Shown here: in pieces, positions 48,967-58,176 of the stretch | How the letters are laid out: every line of letters starts with the position of its first letter | How positions within the stretch are numbered: position 1 is the stretch's first letter | NCBI GenBank assembly: GCA_965246885.1 | Contig: OZ251992.1 | Location: 192,001-256,000, forward strand | Length of the DNA stretch: 64,000 nt | Origin: Abditibacterium sp. | GTDB lineage: Bacteria; Armatimonadota; Abditibacteriia; Abditibacteriales; Abditibacteriaceae | Direction of reading: 5' to 3' | Position numbers and translations under genes: made by a program | The notes under the pieces: generated by a model | The model's database searches: none | Told to the model about the DNA's origin: nothing | What the model saw: only the letters and a program-made list of their open reading frames with translations

Positions 48967-49467
48967 ATGCAACGCGATATTATTCTGGTGCCCGACGCAC
49001 GCTTGACGACGCCTTGCGCGGCGGTGGCGGGCTTTGGTGACGCCTTGGCGCGCTTGGTGGAGGACTTGACCGATACGATGAGGGGCGGGCCGGGGTCGGT
49101 GGGGGTGGCGGCGCCGCAAATTGGAGAAATGGTGCGCGTCGCGGTGGTGGATACGTCGGGGCATCGCAAGTTTGGCGCGGCCTCGCAGGGGTTTTTCGCG
49201 CTCGTGAACCCGCGCATCGTGGCGCGTGCGGGTGAGCGCGAAGGGCGCGAAGGGTGTATGTCGTTGCCCGATTTCACGGCGAACGTGCGCCGCGCGCAAA
49301 CGGTGACGGTGGAGTATCAGGACGTGCAGGGCGCGCATTATACTGTCGTCTGCGACGACTTCGAGGCCGTCGCGATGCAGCACGAAATAGATCATCTGGA
49401 CGGCATCCTTTTCTTAGACCGCGTGTCGAACCTGCAAACCGACGTGTTCCCGCGCAAGAAGAAGTAG
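48967..49467 (+). CDS. def: Peptide deformylase
   Basis: VGVAAPQIG, EGCMS, QHEIDHLDG. Confidence 0.95.
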   Translation: MQRDIILVPDARLTTPCAAVAGFGDALARLVEDLTDTMRGGPGSVGVAAPQIGEMVRVAVVDTSGHRKFGAASQGFFALVNPRIVARAGEREGREGCMSLPDFTANVRRAQTVTVEYQDVQGAHYTVVCDDFEAVAMQHEIDHLDGILFLDRVSNLQTDVFPRKKK

Positions 49468-49487
49468 CGCGTGGGGCGCGAGGGCGC

Positions 49488-50072
49488 TCAGCGCTTCTTA
49501 ATGATGATGGGCGGGTCGGCTGGGGAGTTGGCGTTGCGCGGGTCGGCGTCCATCGCGGCGGAAGTTTCGCGCATCACGTTGAACGACAAGACGGCGAAGT
49601 TCAGCGACGAGGCAAACGTCGTCCACAACCACACCGGCACGAGCAACCAGAACGCCGTCTTGGACAAGCGCGACCCCGTCCACATCAGCGCGGAAATGGC
49701 AATCCACCAGCAGAACACGAGGGCATAGCCCCAGCCCTGCGAGTGCCCCGCCCAGAACGCCGCGCTCCACGCGAGGCCAAGCGCCAGTTGCGCCCAGAAC
49801 CACGCCATCACCACATCGCGGCGCGCTTGCGGCGCGCGCGAGGCGGCCAGATGCGCCCACGCGAAGCTCGTTGCGAGCGCGACGGCGACTTGCAACACTC
49901 CTAACATCACCGGCGAGGGCGCCCATATCGGCTTGACCAGCGCGCCATACCAATGCGCCGCGCCGACTGTCAGCACCGCCGCCGCCACGCCCGCAAGTGC
50001 GCCGCCCACCCCGCCGCGCGCTAAAAGTGCGGGCGTCGGGGTGGCGGGCGAAGCAGCAAAAGAGGTGTTCAT
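49488..50072 (-). CDS. TspO/MBR-family membrane protein
   Basis: WYGALVKPIWAP, QLALGLAWSAAF, LLVPVWLWTTFASSLN. Confidence 0.85.
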   Translation of the reverse strand: MNTSFAASPATPTPALLARGGVGGALAGVAAAVLTVGAAHWYGALVKPIWAPSPVMLGVLQVAVALATSFAWAHLAASRAPQARRDVVMAWFWAQLALGLAWSAAFWAGHSQGWGYALVFCWWIAISALMWTGSRLSKTAFWLLVPVWLWTTFASSLNFAVLSFNVMRETSAAMDADPRNANSPADPPIIIKKR

Positions 50073-50211
50073 GAAAGGAGAAATTTCCGACGCGCCCGCC
50101 CCGCCCGCGCGCCCTTCAAAAAGCAATCGCTCCGTTTCGCATGGGAAAGCACCTGCGCGGTGACACGTCGTTCAAGGCGTGTTTCTTTGGCTATACGCCA
50201 AACTCCCCTTC

Positions 50212-51018
50212 ATGCTTCGTTTGGCCCGCACTTTTGCCGCCCTGCGCACGCGCGGTGAGCGCGCGTTTATCCCGTTCGTCACTTGCGGCGACCCCGACAT
50301 GGAAACGACGGAGCGGCTCGCCCTCGCGTATCTCGAAGCGGGCGCCGACATCTTGGAAATCGGCATCCCCTTCACCGACCCGCTCGCCGACGGCCCCACC
50401 ATTCAGCGCGCATCCGAGCGGGCGCTCGCGGGAGGCGCGACGATGGAGTCCGCCTTTGAACTGCTCCGCCGCTTGCGCGCCCAAACCGACGCGCCGCTCG
50501 TGCCGATGACGTATATCAACCCCGTCTGGCAAATGGGCTTTGCAGAGTTCGCGCGCCGCGCCAAGCAAGCCGGAGCCGACGCCACCATCATCTCCGACCT
50601 GCCGCCCGAAGAAGGCGCCGCTTGGGTCAAAGCCGGACGCGCGCACGAACTCGACACCATCTTCCTGCTGTCGCCCACAAGTGACACCGCCCGCGTCGAG
50701 CGCGTCGCCAACAGTGCGACCGGCTTCGTGTATGCCGTCGCGCGCTTGGGCGTGACGGGCGCGCGCACCGATGTTCCCCTCGAAGTGGGCGACCTCGTCC
50801 ACGCCCTCAAAACCGTCAGCGCCACCCCCGTGTGCGCGGGCTTTGGCTTTTCCGACCCCGACCAAATCCGCCGCACGATTGAGACGACGGGCGTGGATGG
50901 CATCGTCGTCGCGTCCGCGCTAATAGACCGCTTTGAAAAAGCCGAGGGCACCATCGGCGCGCGCCTCGACGCCGTGAAGGGTTACGCGCGCACATTAAAG
51001 GATGCGACGCGCGCCTGA
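50212..51018 (+). CDS. trpA: Tryptophan synthase alpha subunit
   Basis: FVTCGDP, EIGIPFTDPLADGPTIQ, MTYINP, DLPPEE, GVTGAR, GFG. Confidence 0.97.
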   Translation: MLRLARTFAALRTRGERAFIPFVTCGDPDMETTERLALAYLEAGADILEIGIPFTDPLADGPTIQRASERALAGGATMESAFELLRRLRAQTDAPLVPMTYINPVWQMGFAEFARRAKQAGADATIISDLPPEEGAAWVKAGRAHELDTIFLLSPTSDTARVERVANSATGFVYAVARLGVTGARTDVPLEVGDLVHALKTVSATPVCAGFGFSDPDQIRRTIETTGVDGIVVASALIDRFEKAEGTIGARLDAVKGYARTLKDATRA

Positions 51019-51021
51019 TCC

Positions 51022-51825
51022 ATGCCCCGCACCCTCGCTTCCACCCCGTTCGCCGCGCGCGCCCTTGTCTTGCGCGCGCGGCCTTTGGGGGAACGCGACC
51101 GCGTGCTCACGCTGTTCTGCGCGGAGCGCGGCAAGTTCTCGGCGGTGGCGCGCGGGGCGCGCTCGCCCAAAGGGAAACTGGCGGCGACGGCGCAGCCGTT
51201 CGTCCTCGCGCGCTTTGCGCTCGCTACGGGGCGCTCGATTGACATCATCACGCAAGCGCAAATCGAGACCCTGCACGCCTCCATCTCCGGGGATGTATTG
51301 AAGATGAGTTGGGCGTCTTTTGCGTGCGAGTGCGCCGATCATGCGCCCGATGGCGTGGCGGACGAGGAAGGCTTCGCGGTGTTGGAAGTGTTCTTCGCCG
51401 CCCTCGACGGCGCGCCGGGTTTTGCGGGCGTCGAAGCGGCGGGCGTGTGGTTCGAGGCGCAGTGGCTGGCGCATATGGGCTACTCGCCCACCATTGGCGC
51501 GTGCGTGTTGTGCGAGCGCAAACTGGGCGCGGACGAGGAGATGTGGTTCGGCCCGCAAGCGGGCGGGACGCTGTGCCGCAATTGTCAAGGCAAGGTAGCG
51601 GGCGCGGAGCGCGTATCGGGCGCTTCGATGCGGGCGCTGTTCCGCTTGGAGCGCTCGCGCCGCCCACCGGCGTCGTTAGAAGACGCGCCTTTTGCTCTGG
51701 CCAAGGGGGAGCAAGGCGAGTTGGAGCGCGCTGTGGAGCGGGCGCTCTTGGCTCATTCGGACGGGCGCTTCCGCTCCATTGGGATGCTCCAAGACGCGCG
51801 GGCGGCGGCGGGGTTGACGGGCTAA
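51022..51825 (+). CDS. recO: DNA repair protein RecO
   Basis: VLRARPLGERDRVLTLF..RGK..VARGAR; CVLC...LCRNC zinc finger. Confidence 0.93.
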   Translation: MPRTLASTPFAARALVLRARPLGERDRVLTLFCAERGKFSAVARGARSPKGKLAATAQPFVLARFALATGRSIDIITQAQIETLHASISGDVLKMSWASFACECADHAPDGVADEEGFAVLEVFFAALDGAPGFAGVEAAGVWFEAQWLAHMGYSPTIGACVLCERKLGADEEMWFGPQAGGTLCRNCQGKVAGAERVSGASMRALFRLERSRRPPASLEDAPFALAKGEQGELERAVERALLAHSDGRFRSIGMLQDARAAAGLTG

Positions 51826-51894
51826 TGGCGCCGGGGCAGTGCGCGCAAATTTTCCCGGTAAGTAATGAGTTTTTCTTCTAAACTTGCGCGCGTC

Positions 51895-52614
51895 ATGCCC
51901 GATTCCATCTCCAACGAATCTTTGCCGACAGCGACCCAAGCAACGGCCCCTGCGGGTGCAGGCGCCGACTTGTTGTGGGTGTGGAAGGAAGTCCGCAAGC
52001 GCGTGTTCATCAAGCTGCCCTTTTCGCTTGCGGTGGCCGACTCGCTCGCGGCGGCGGTGCCCGTCGTGCTCGACGGCGACCTTTTCGTGGTGGGGCTGTC
52101 GTCGCGCGATTATGTCATGGCCGGAACACTCACTACGCCCAGCGTGAAGAACACGGTCGAGAACATCCTGCGCGGGGCGGCGGGACGCACCATCACCCTC
52201 GAAGTCATCGAAGGCACCACAATGGAAGACTGGGAGGAGATGTCGGTGCGCCGCCAAAAAGCCCAAGCCGCCCTGCTTGCCATCGCCGAACAAAAAGCGG
52301 GGGACGGCCACTTCGAGGACGTGCTCAACCAAATCGTCGGAGAGTTGCGCCATCGCATCTCTCTCGTTCCCGACCGCGTCTTGCCGCAGGTGCGGGCGGG
52401 ACTTGTGCTCGACATCGCGCCCAGTCTGGCCGATGCCGAAGAGATGCTGTTCGGCGAGCAAGAGTCGCACGAGGGGCGCCGCGCCATCTCCCGCGTGATA
52501 GACCGCATCGCCGGTTTCCTCGACGTGCCGCCGCTCATGCTGTCCCTCGAAATCGAACGCTACCGCCGCGCCACCAAGCGCGCCGCGCCCGGTTCGGAAT
52601 CCAAGCGCGACTAA
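51895..52614 (+). CDS. Hypothetical protein with DnaA-domain-I/KH-like N-terminal region
   Basis: W..V...V..KL....PVVLDGDLFVVGL...VENIL....GRTITLEVI pattern; start 51865 or 51895. Confidence 0.6.
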   Translation: MPDSISNESLPTATQATAPAGAGADLLWVWKEVRKRVFIKLPFSLAVADSLAAAVPVVLDGDLFVVGLSSRDYVMAGTLTTPSVKNTVENILRGAAGRTITLEVIEGTTMEDWEEMSVRRQKAQAALLAIAEQKAGDGHFEDVLNQIVGELRHRISLVPDRVLPQVRAGLVLDIAPSLADAEEMLFGEQESHEGRRAISRVIDRIAGFLDVPPLMLSLEIERYRRATKRAAPGSESKRD

Positions 52615-52644
52615 GCGTGCGCCGCGCGGGTCAAACTTGCGCTC

Positions 52645-54747
52645 ATGCTCCCGTTTCGTGAACTGTCCCCCCGCACCCGCTTGGGCTTGATGGGTGGCGC
52701 GCTCCTCGCCTTGGTCGGCGCCGAGGGCGCCATCCTGTGGGTGGCGTCCAAGCACTCGCCCGCTCCGGCCATCGAGACGCGTACCCCCGCGCCCCCCGTG
52801 CTCCCATCCGCCGCGCCCGTCCCGACAACGCCCGAAGAAATCTATACCGCTCCCGGCGCTTCCCCGCCCTCCGCCGACAACCCGCCCGCGCCCGCCGTTC
52901 CCGCGCCGGGGCAGGACATGGGTTCGCCGCCTTCCGCCACGCCGCCGCCCGATTCCAGCCCGCCGCTTCATCTGCCGCCCGCGCCCGATAGACCGCCCGT
53001 CATCGCGCCCAACCACCCGAATTTGGCGGTGCCGCCGATGCCCATCGTGCCCTCTCCACCCGCGCCCAATGTGCCGGTCGCGCCCGTCCCGCCGCCTGCG
53101 GGAACAAAAGCGCCCAACCCGAAGTTGGTCGCCGCCGCGCGCAAGTTCGACGAAGCGGGCGCGCTTCTCAAAGCCGGGAACAAAAAGGGGGCGCTCGCGC
53201 GCTGGGAGGAAGTGGCGCGCCTCGCGCCCAACGACTTGGCGACGCGCCAGAACCTCGCGCTTGTGTATGGCGAACTGAATCAACCCCGCGCCGCCCTGCC
53301 GCACGCCCGCGCCGCCGCCCGCCTCGCGCCCAACAACCCGGCGGCGCAGTTCCAACTGGCGCGTTTGCTGTTGGCCAACAAGCAACTGCGCCCCGCCGTT
53401 GAACCTTTGCGCGCCGTCGTGAAACTGGCCCCCGACGCGCGCGATGGGCGCGTTCTGCTGGCACGCACGTTGGTGGACTTGAAGCAACCCAAGGGCGCGC
53501 TGGAGCAGTGGGCCGCCGTCGCAAACCGCGACGGGCACGATATGGAAGCGCACTTCAACGCGGCGGCGGTCGCCAACGACCTGCTCCATGACCCCAAAGA
53601 AGCGGCGAAGTGGCTCCGGCGCGCGCAAGACCAAAACCCGCGCGACCCGCGCGCGCCGATGCTGTTGTCGCAGGTGTTGCTTTCGCACCACGACGCCAAG
53701 GGCGCCGCAACGACCTTAGCGCGCGCGGTCGCCGCTTCGCCTGACGCCTTTGAGCTTTACCCGGCGCTATCGCGCGCGCGCTTGGCGGCCCACGACCGCG
53801 CGGGCGCCATTCAAGCGTTGCAAAGCGGTCTCGCGCGCGTTCCGGCGGGCGCGCCCAACGCCGCCCAAACGCAGGGGCAACTGCGCCTCACGCTGGGGCA
53901 ACTCTACGGCGCTGGCAAGCAACCCAAGCAAGCCTTGGCGGAGTTCTCGCGCGCCGCCAAGCTGTTGCCGCGCGACCCGCAACCGCGCGCGCTCGCGGCG
54001 TTGGCGGAGATAGACCAGAAGAACCCGACGGGCGCGGTGAAGTGGCTGTCCGAAGCGGTCATGCTCGACCCGAAAGACATCCGCACGCGGCGTTTATACG
54101 CGCAAACGCTCGCGCAAACCGCGCAGTGGAAAGCGGCGGACGCGCAGTACGAATCGTATTGCGCGCAATCGCCGCGCGACAAGGAAGCGCTCGCGCAGTG
54201 GGCACGCGTGGCGCGCGAAGCCAAGAACCCGGCGCGCGCCGCGCAGATTTGGGGCAAAGCGGCGGCGCTCGACCCCAAAAACCCGCTTGTGTGGGAGCAG
54301 TTGGGCGATGCGCGCTTGCTCGCCAAAGACAAGCGCGGCGCGCTTGAGGCGTTTCAAACGGTGGCGAAGCTGTCGCCGCGCGACCTGACGCGCACGCTGC
54401 GGGTGTCGGACTTGCAAGCCGAAATGAAGGATGCGCCCGGTGCGCTGGCGACGCTGGAATCGGCGCTGACGGCGCGCCCCGATTACGCGCCGCTTTATCT
54501 GCTGGTGCTACGTGCGGGCGACGCGGCAGGCGAGAACGAGGCGGCGCGCACGTTCATCGCGCAGAAGTTGGCGATGCAACCGGAGAACAGCGAAGCGCTG
54601 GCGGGCGCGCTGGGGTTCTACTCTGACAAAAAACTGCCCGACGAGGCGCATGCGCTTCTAAACGACGTTGTGGCACGCAACCCCGCCGCTAAACTGGCGA
54701 AAGACGCGCTCGCGGCGCATCCCGCACCAACCAAAGCGGTGGGGTGA
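52645..54747 (+). CDS. Membrane-anchored TPR protein with Pro-rich linker
   Basis: N-terminal TM, Pro-rich region, more than 10 TPR-like repeats (..LAPND, LAPNN, LDPKD, LDPKN). Confidence 0.92.
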   Translation: MLPFRELSPRTRLGLMGGALLALVGAEGAILWVASKHSPAPAIETRTPAPPVLPSAAPVPTTPEEIYTAPGASPPSADNPPAPAVPAPGQDMGSPPSATPPPDSSPPLHLPPAPDRPPVIAPNHPNLAVPPMPIVPSPPAPNVPVAPVPPPAGTKAPNPKLVAAARKFDEAGALLKAGNKKGALARWEEVARLAPNDLATRQNLALVYGELNQPRAALPHARAAARLAPNNPAAQFQLARLLLANKQLRPAVEPLRAVVKLAPDARDGRVLLARTLVDLKQPKGALEQWAAVANRDGHDMEAHFNAAAVANDLLHDPKEAAKWLRRAQDQNPRDPRAPMLLSQVLLSHHDAKGAATTLARAVAASPDAFELYPALSRARLAAHDRAGAIQALQSGLARVPAGAPNAAQTQGQLRLTLGQLYGAGKQPKQALAEFSRAAKLLPRDPQPRALAALAEIDQKNPTGAVKWLSEAVMLDPKDIRTRRLYAQTLAQTAQWKAADAQYESYCAQSPRDKEALAQWARVAREAKNPARAAQIWGKAAALDPKNPLVWEQLGDARLLAKDKRGALEAFQTVAKLSPRDLTRTLRVSDLQAEMKDAPGALATLESALTARPDYAPLYLLVLRAGDAAGENEAARTFIAQKLAMQPENSEALAGALGFYSDKKLPDEAHALLNDVVARNPAAKLAKDALAAHPAPTKAVG

Positions 54748-54853
54748 GTCAAGCGAATGAATTCGCAGCCAGCAGAATCGTCGGCCTTCGCCGACGCAGA
54801 AACTGCCACCCCGTCGGCGAAGGCCGACGGCTGCGAATTCATTCGCTTGACTC
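54746..54853. repeat. REPIN/MITE-like inverted repeat related to 14781-14882
   Basis: Perfect 25-bp outer IR (54746-54770 / 54829-54853) and 18-bp inner IR; contains GCGAA-TGAA-TTCGC. Confidence 0.88.
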
Positions 54854-57025
54854 CGCCATCCGCCCCAACAGCGCTTGCGCTCGCGCCATGTGGGCTTGCG
54901 ATCCGACGTAACGCCCCGCTTGGAGCGCGCGCGTCGCGGCCTGCGTTTCCGCGAGAGCGGCTTGGGCCAGAGCTTTCGCCGGAGGCGACGCGGCGCGCGT
55001 TATGGCCCCGCGCGGCGCTGAAGCGAGGAGCGCGGCGGGGTGAGCCAGTTCCGACAGCGCCGCGCCCGAACCGGGCAACTCCTCGCTCCAGCGCACCGCG
55101 TCCGCTTCGAGTGGCCCCGCCGCCATCCCCACCGCGACCGGCAAGCGCACCTCGCCCGCGCTACTCGATTCGGGGGGCAAGCGGAAAAACGGACGCGCCA
55201 ACAGCAGACGACCGCCCTCGCCCCACAGAATCGGCGTTCCGGCTTCGGGCGTGGAGTGGGTTTGCGCGCGCGCCGTCACCGCGAACGCGCGCAGTTTTGC
55301 CTCGATTTGGGGACGAAGCGCGGGGGTCGTCGCTCGCGCTTCCCAGCCGTGCGCGTCCCGCATCCACACAAGTGGCGCACCCCCCGCAAGCGCCGTTTGC
55401 AGGGCGGGGGTGGGTACACTTTGGGGCGCGCGCGCCCCAAAGAGCGAAGGTAGCGCCGCCCGCCACCGCGCCACCGGCGCACCCGCCCCCTCGAACGGCG
55501 CCACGCGCAGGGCGCCCGTTTGAGCGTCCATGCGAAGCACCGCAACGGGTCGCACCATTTCCATATCGTACGCGACGCACTCCCAAAACGCGCTCCCGGT
55601 GCGCGCATCGCGGCGCGGAACGGCCTCGTCCCATACCCAAAACGGCGCAATTGTCTGCCCCGCTTCGCGCGCGCCCCGCCACACCAGCAACGTCTTCGCG
55701 CGCGCGCCCTCGAACGGCAGGAGCGGATCGCGCAATCGCCACGCCCACGCCATCTTCCACACGCGGCTTTGGAAGGGCGCTCCCAAGCGCTCAGCCAGCA
55801 GGGGGCGCCCGCTTAAGCCGTAAAAGAGCGGGCCGACCGGTTGGCCACCGCGCGAGGGAGCGCTTCGGGGAAAGTCCAGCGAACTCCACGCCAACGTGCC
55901 CTCATCCGCCGTGCCGTGCCCCGCCCACGCGTCCGTCACGACCGGGACGCCGACCACATTCAACTGCGTGTGCCCGTCCGCGCGCGCCGCTCCTACCCCC
56001 ACCGTCTGCCATTCGACCAAGTGCCCCGCATCATCTCGTCCCAACCGTGCGCGCGCCGCGCGCAAGGTCAGCCGCTCGTCCAACAACGGCGCGCCATTGG
56101 GGGCGCCGTCCGCGAGGGCGAACTTTGACATCGGGGGTAGCGCTTCATCACCACGCACGCTGGGCGCAAAAGCATCGCCCAGTAGCGCCGCCAACACCAC
56201 AACCGCAACCGTCCCCGCGAGGGCGCGCAAGCGAGGACGCCAAAGCTGTACCGCCAGCGCCAAACAGCCCAGCGCGCCCGCGCCGCCGATGAACAGGACA
56301 CCCATCCGCGCCACGTCGCCACCTGCTCCGGCGTGCTGTGCCCGCGCCGCCTCGAACGCGAACCCCAAGGCGCGCAGGGTGCACAGCGCCGCGCCCACCA
56401 CCGTTTGCGCGCGTAGCCAATGCACCGGTGAAGCGGCGGGCCGCGCCGCCAAGAACGGAAGCGCGCGCAGCGTTCCAGCGAGAAGGGCAACGGCGCCGAG
56501 CACAAGTCCAAACCCCCACGCGCCCGCCAATAGCGCTTCGAGCGCGGGCGCCCACACGAGCCAGAAATCACCCGCGCGGCGCGGGAGCGGCGCGAGCGCC
56601 CAAGCCAAACGGCTCCACCCCTCGCCCAGCAGGTGCGCTTCCCACAAGGCCGCCACGAGGAGAGCCGCCCAGCCCCAGCGCGTCGCGCGCGCGCGCATCA
56701 GCGCGAAACGCAAAAGCGCGCGCGGAAGCGGCGGCTCCTCGACCTCGCTCGCAACAGGCCGCGCGACAGCGCGCATGACGGGAATACTCAGCGCCAAACA
56801 CACAAGCGCAAACAGGCTCGCCACGCCCCATTTCCATACGAACTCCGCGCGCCACAGGCCGCCCATCCCGACCGATCCGAACCACGCCGCGTCCGTTGCC
56901 ACACGTATGGCGCCATCAAGGAGCCACAGCGCCAGACCCAGCACCGCGAAAGGGCGAAGCGCGCGCGTCGCAAAAATCCAACGGAGCGCGCGCCCCAACG
57001 CCCGAAAAGTGCCGGTCATGAACAA
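54839..57025 (-). CDS. Divergent UPF0182-like membrane protein
   Basis: TDAAWFGSVG...W after TM1, multiple TMs, IAPFW..D.VP, A.L.MDA.TG, terminal ALQAGRY. Confidence 0.6.
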   Translation of the reverse strand: MFMTGTFRALGRALRWIFATRALRPFAVLGLALWLLDGAIRVATDAAWFGSVGMGGLWRAEFVWKWGVASLFALVCLALSIPVMRAVARPVASEVEEPPLPRALLRFALMRARATRWGWAALLVAALWEAHLLGEGWSRLAWALAPLPRRAGDFWLVWAPALEALLAGAWGFGLVLGAVALLAGTLRALPFLAARPAASPVHWLRAQTVVGAALCTLRALGFAFEAARAQHAGAGGDVARMGVLFIGGAGALGCLALAVQLWRPRLRALAGTVAVVVLAALLGDAFAPSVRGDEALPPMSKFALADGAPNGAPLLDERLTLRAARARLGRDDAGHLVEWQTVGVGAARADGHTQLNVVGVPVVTDAWAGHGTADEGTLAWSSLDFPRSAPSRGGQPVGPLFYGLSGRPLLAERLGAPFQSRVWKMAWAWRLRDPLLPFEGARAKTLLVWRGAREAGQTIAPFWVWDEAVPRRDARTGSAFWECVAYDMEMVRPVAVLRMDAQTGALRVAPFEGAGAPVARWRAALPSLFGARAPQSVPTPALQTALAGGAPLVWMRDAHGWEARATTPALRPQIEAKLRAFAVTARAQTHSTPEAGTPILWGEGGRLLLARPFFRLPPESSSAGEVRLPVAVGMAAGPLEADAVRWSEELPGSGAALSELAHPAALLASAPRGAITRAASPPAKALAQAALAETQAATRALQAGRYVGSQAHMARAQALLGRMAESSE

Positions 57026-57053
57026 AAAGTCAGTTTATGAAGCGCGTGGGGCG

Positions 57054-57196
57054 AAGCGAAAACCTTTGGCCGCCCCCAGCGAAACATTCCCACAGGCCGG
57101 TGGACGAGCTACCGGCTTACGGGAACCGTCGGCACGCTTAGTTCTTCCGTGGGCGCAACCCGGCGGGTCGGCGGCGCGCATGGGCGAACCGCTCAA
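57054..57196. repeat. 21-bp-period degenerate array, family B
   Basis: ttacgggaaccgtcggcacgc and ttagttcttccgtgggcgcaa resemble units at 13281 and 13323; ggcgcgcatggg matches 27798 in reverse. Confidence 0.7.
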
Positions 57197-58051
57197 TTAG
57201 CCGGGAACGGGAACGGGGGAGTCGCCGGTGTTGCCTTCGGGTACGGGGACGGGCGAATCGCCGCCTCCCTCGCTCCGCTCGCGGCGACGGCGCGGGGCGA
57301 CTTCGGCACGGGGAGCGGGCGCATCGTTGCCGTCACCCTCGGCGCGCTCGCGGCGGCGACGGCGCGGAGCGGGCGAATCGCCGCCACCCTCAACGGGCAC
57401 GCGCGGCGCGGCGTTGCCATTTCCAGAGTCGGTGTTCTCGTCGGACGAGCGGCGACGGCGGCGCGGCGTTTCGGTCGGGGTGTCGCCCCCATTGTCCGCG
57501 TTGCCGGTGTCGGTCACGCGCGCCGGGGATTGGTCGGTCGCGGCCTCTTCGGTGCGGGCGCGGCGATGGCGGCGCGGACGGGGGTTGTCGGTGGAGTTGT
57601 CGATTGAAACAGCGTCCGCCGATGCGTCGCGGTGGCGACGATGATGGCGGCGCGGGCGCGGCGTGGGTTCGGGGTTATCCGTGTTATCGCTTGTTGCGTG
57701 CGGGCGCGGCGTGACGGTAGTGCGCCCGTTGCCGGAATCGGGCGGGGTGGGCGTGTCGGAAGGCGTATCCCCCGACGGCGAAAGCGGCTCAGGCGAGGTG
57801 GTGTCTATGTTGGGCGAAGTGTCGCCGGGAATGGAGGAGCCATCCGAGGAGGGTTCGGGCGTGGCTGTGGGTTCGGGCAGGGCTTCGATGTCGGCGCCCG
57901 CCGAGCGCACTCCGGTCTTGGGGTGCTGGAGTTTCGAGCCGTCCGGCCCGAACAACTTTTCGGAAAGGACGTATTTACCAAAAGCGTAGGAGCCGTAACC
58001 CAATCCGGCGACAAGGCATAAAGCCACGAAAAGACGAGACAGAATTCGCAT
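57197..58051 (-). CDS. Membrane-anchored low-complexity (Pro/Asp/Arg) protein
   Basis: N-terminal TM, disordered acidic tracts, poly-Arg blocks, repeated GDSP(A/V)P. Confidence 0.75.
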   Translation of the reverse strand: MRILSRLFVALCLVAGLGYGSYAFGKYVLSEKLFGPDGSKLQHPKTGVRSAGADIEALPEPTATPEPSSDGSSIPGDTSPNIDTTSPEPLSPSGDTPSDTPTPPDSGNGRTTVTPRPHATSDNTDNPEPTPRPRRHHRRHRDASADAVSIDNSTDNPRPRRHRRARTEEAATDQSPARVTDTGNADNGGDTPTETPRRRRRSSDENTDSGNGNAAPRVPVEGGGDSPAPRRRRRERAEGDGNDAPAPRAEVAPRRRRERSEGGGDSPVPVPEGNTGDSPVPVPG

Positions 58052-58176
58052 AAGGAGGCGCGAACCGAGAAACCTCGATTGCCGCCTCTTAAGGCTACTC
58101 TATCCCCCGCATTTGTTCCGCACCCCGCGCGAAAAACCGCGAAGTTCCCGCGCCGCGCGCCCCCACTGCCCCATCT

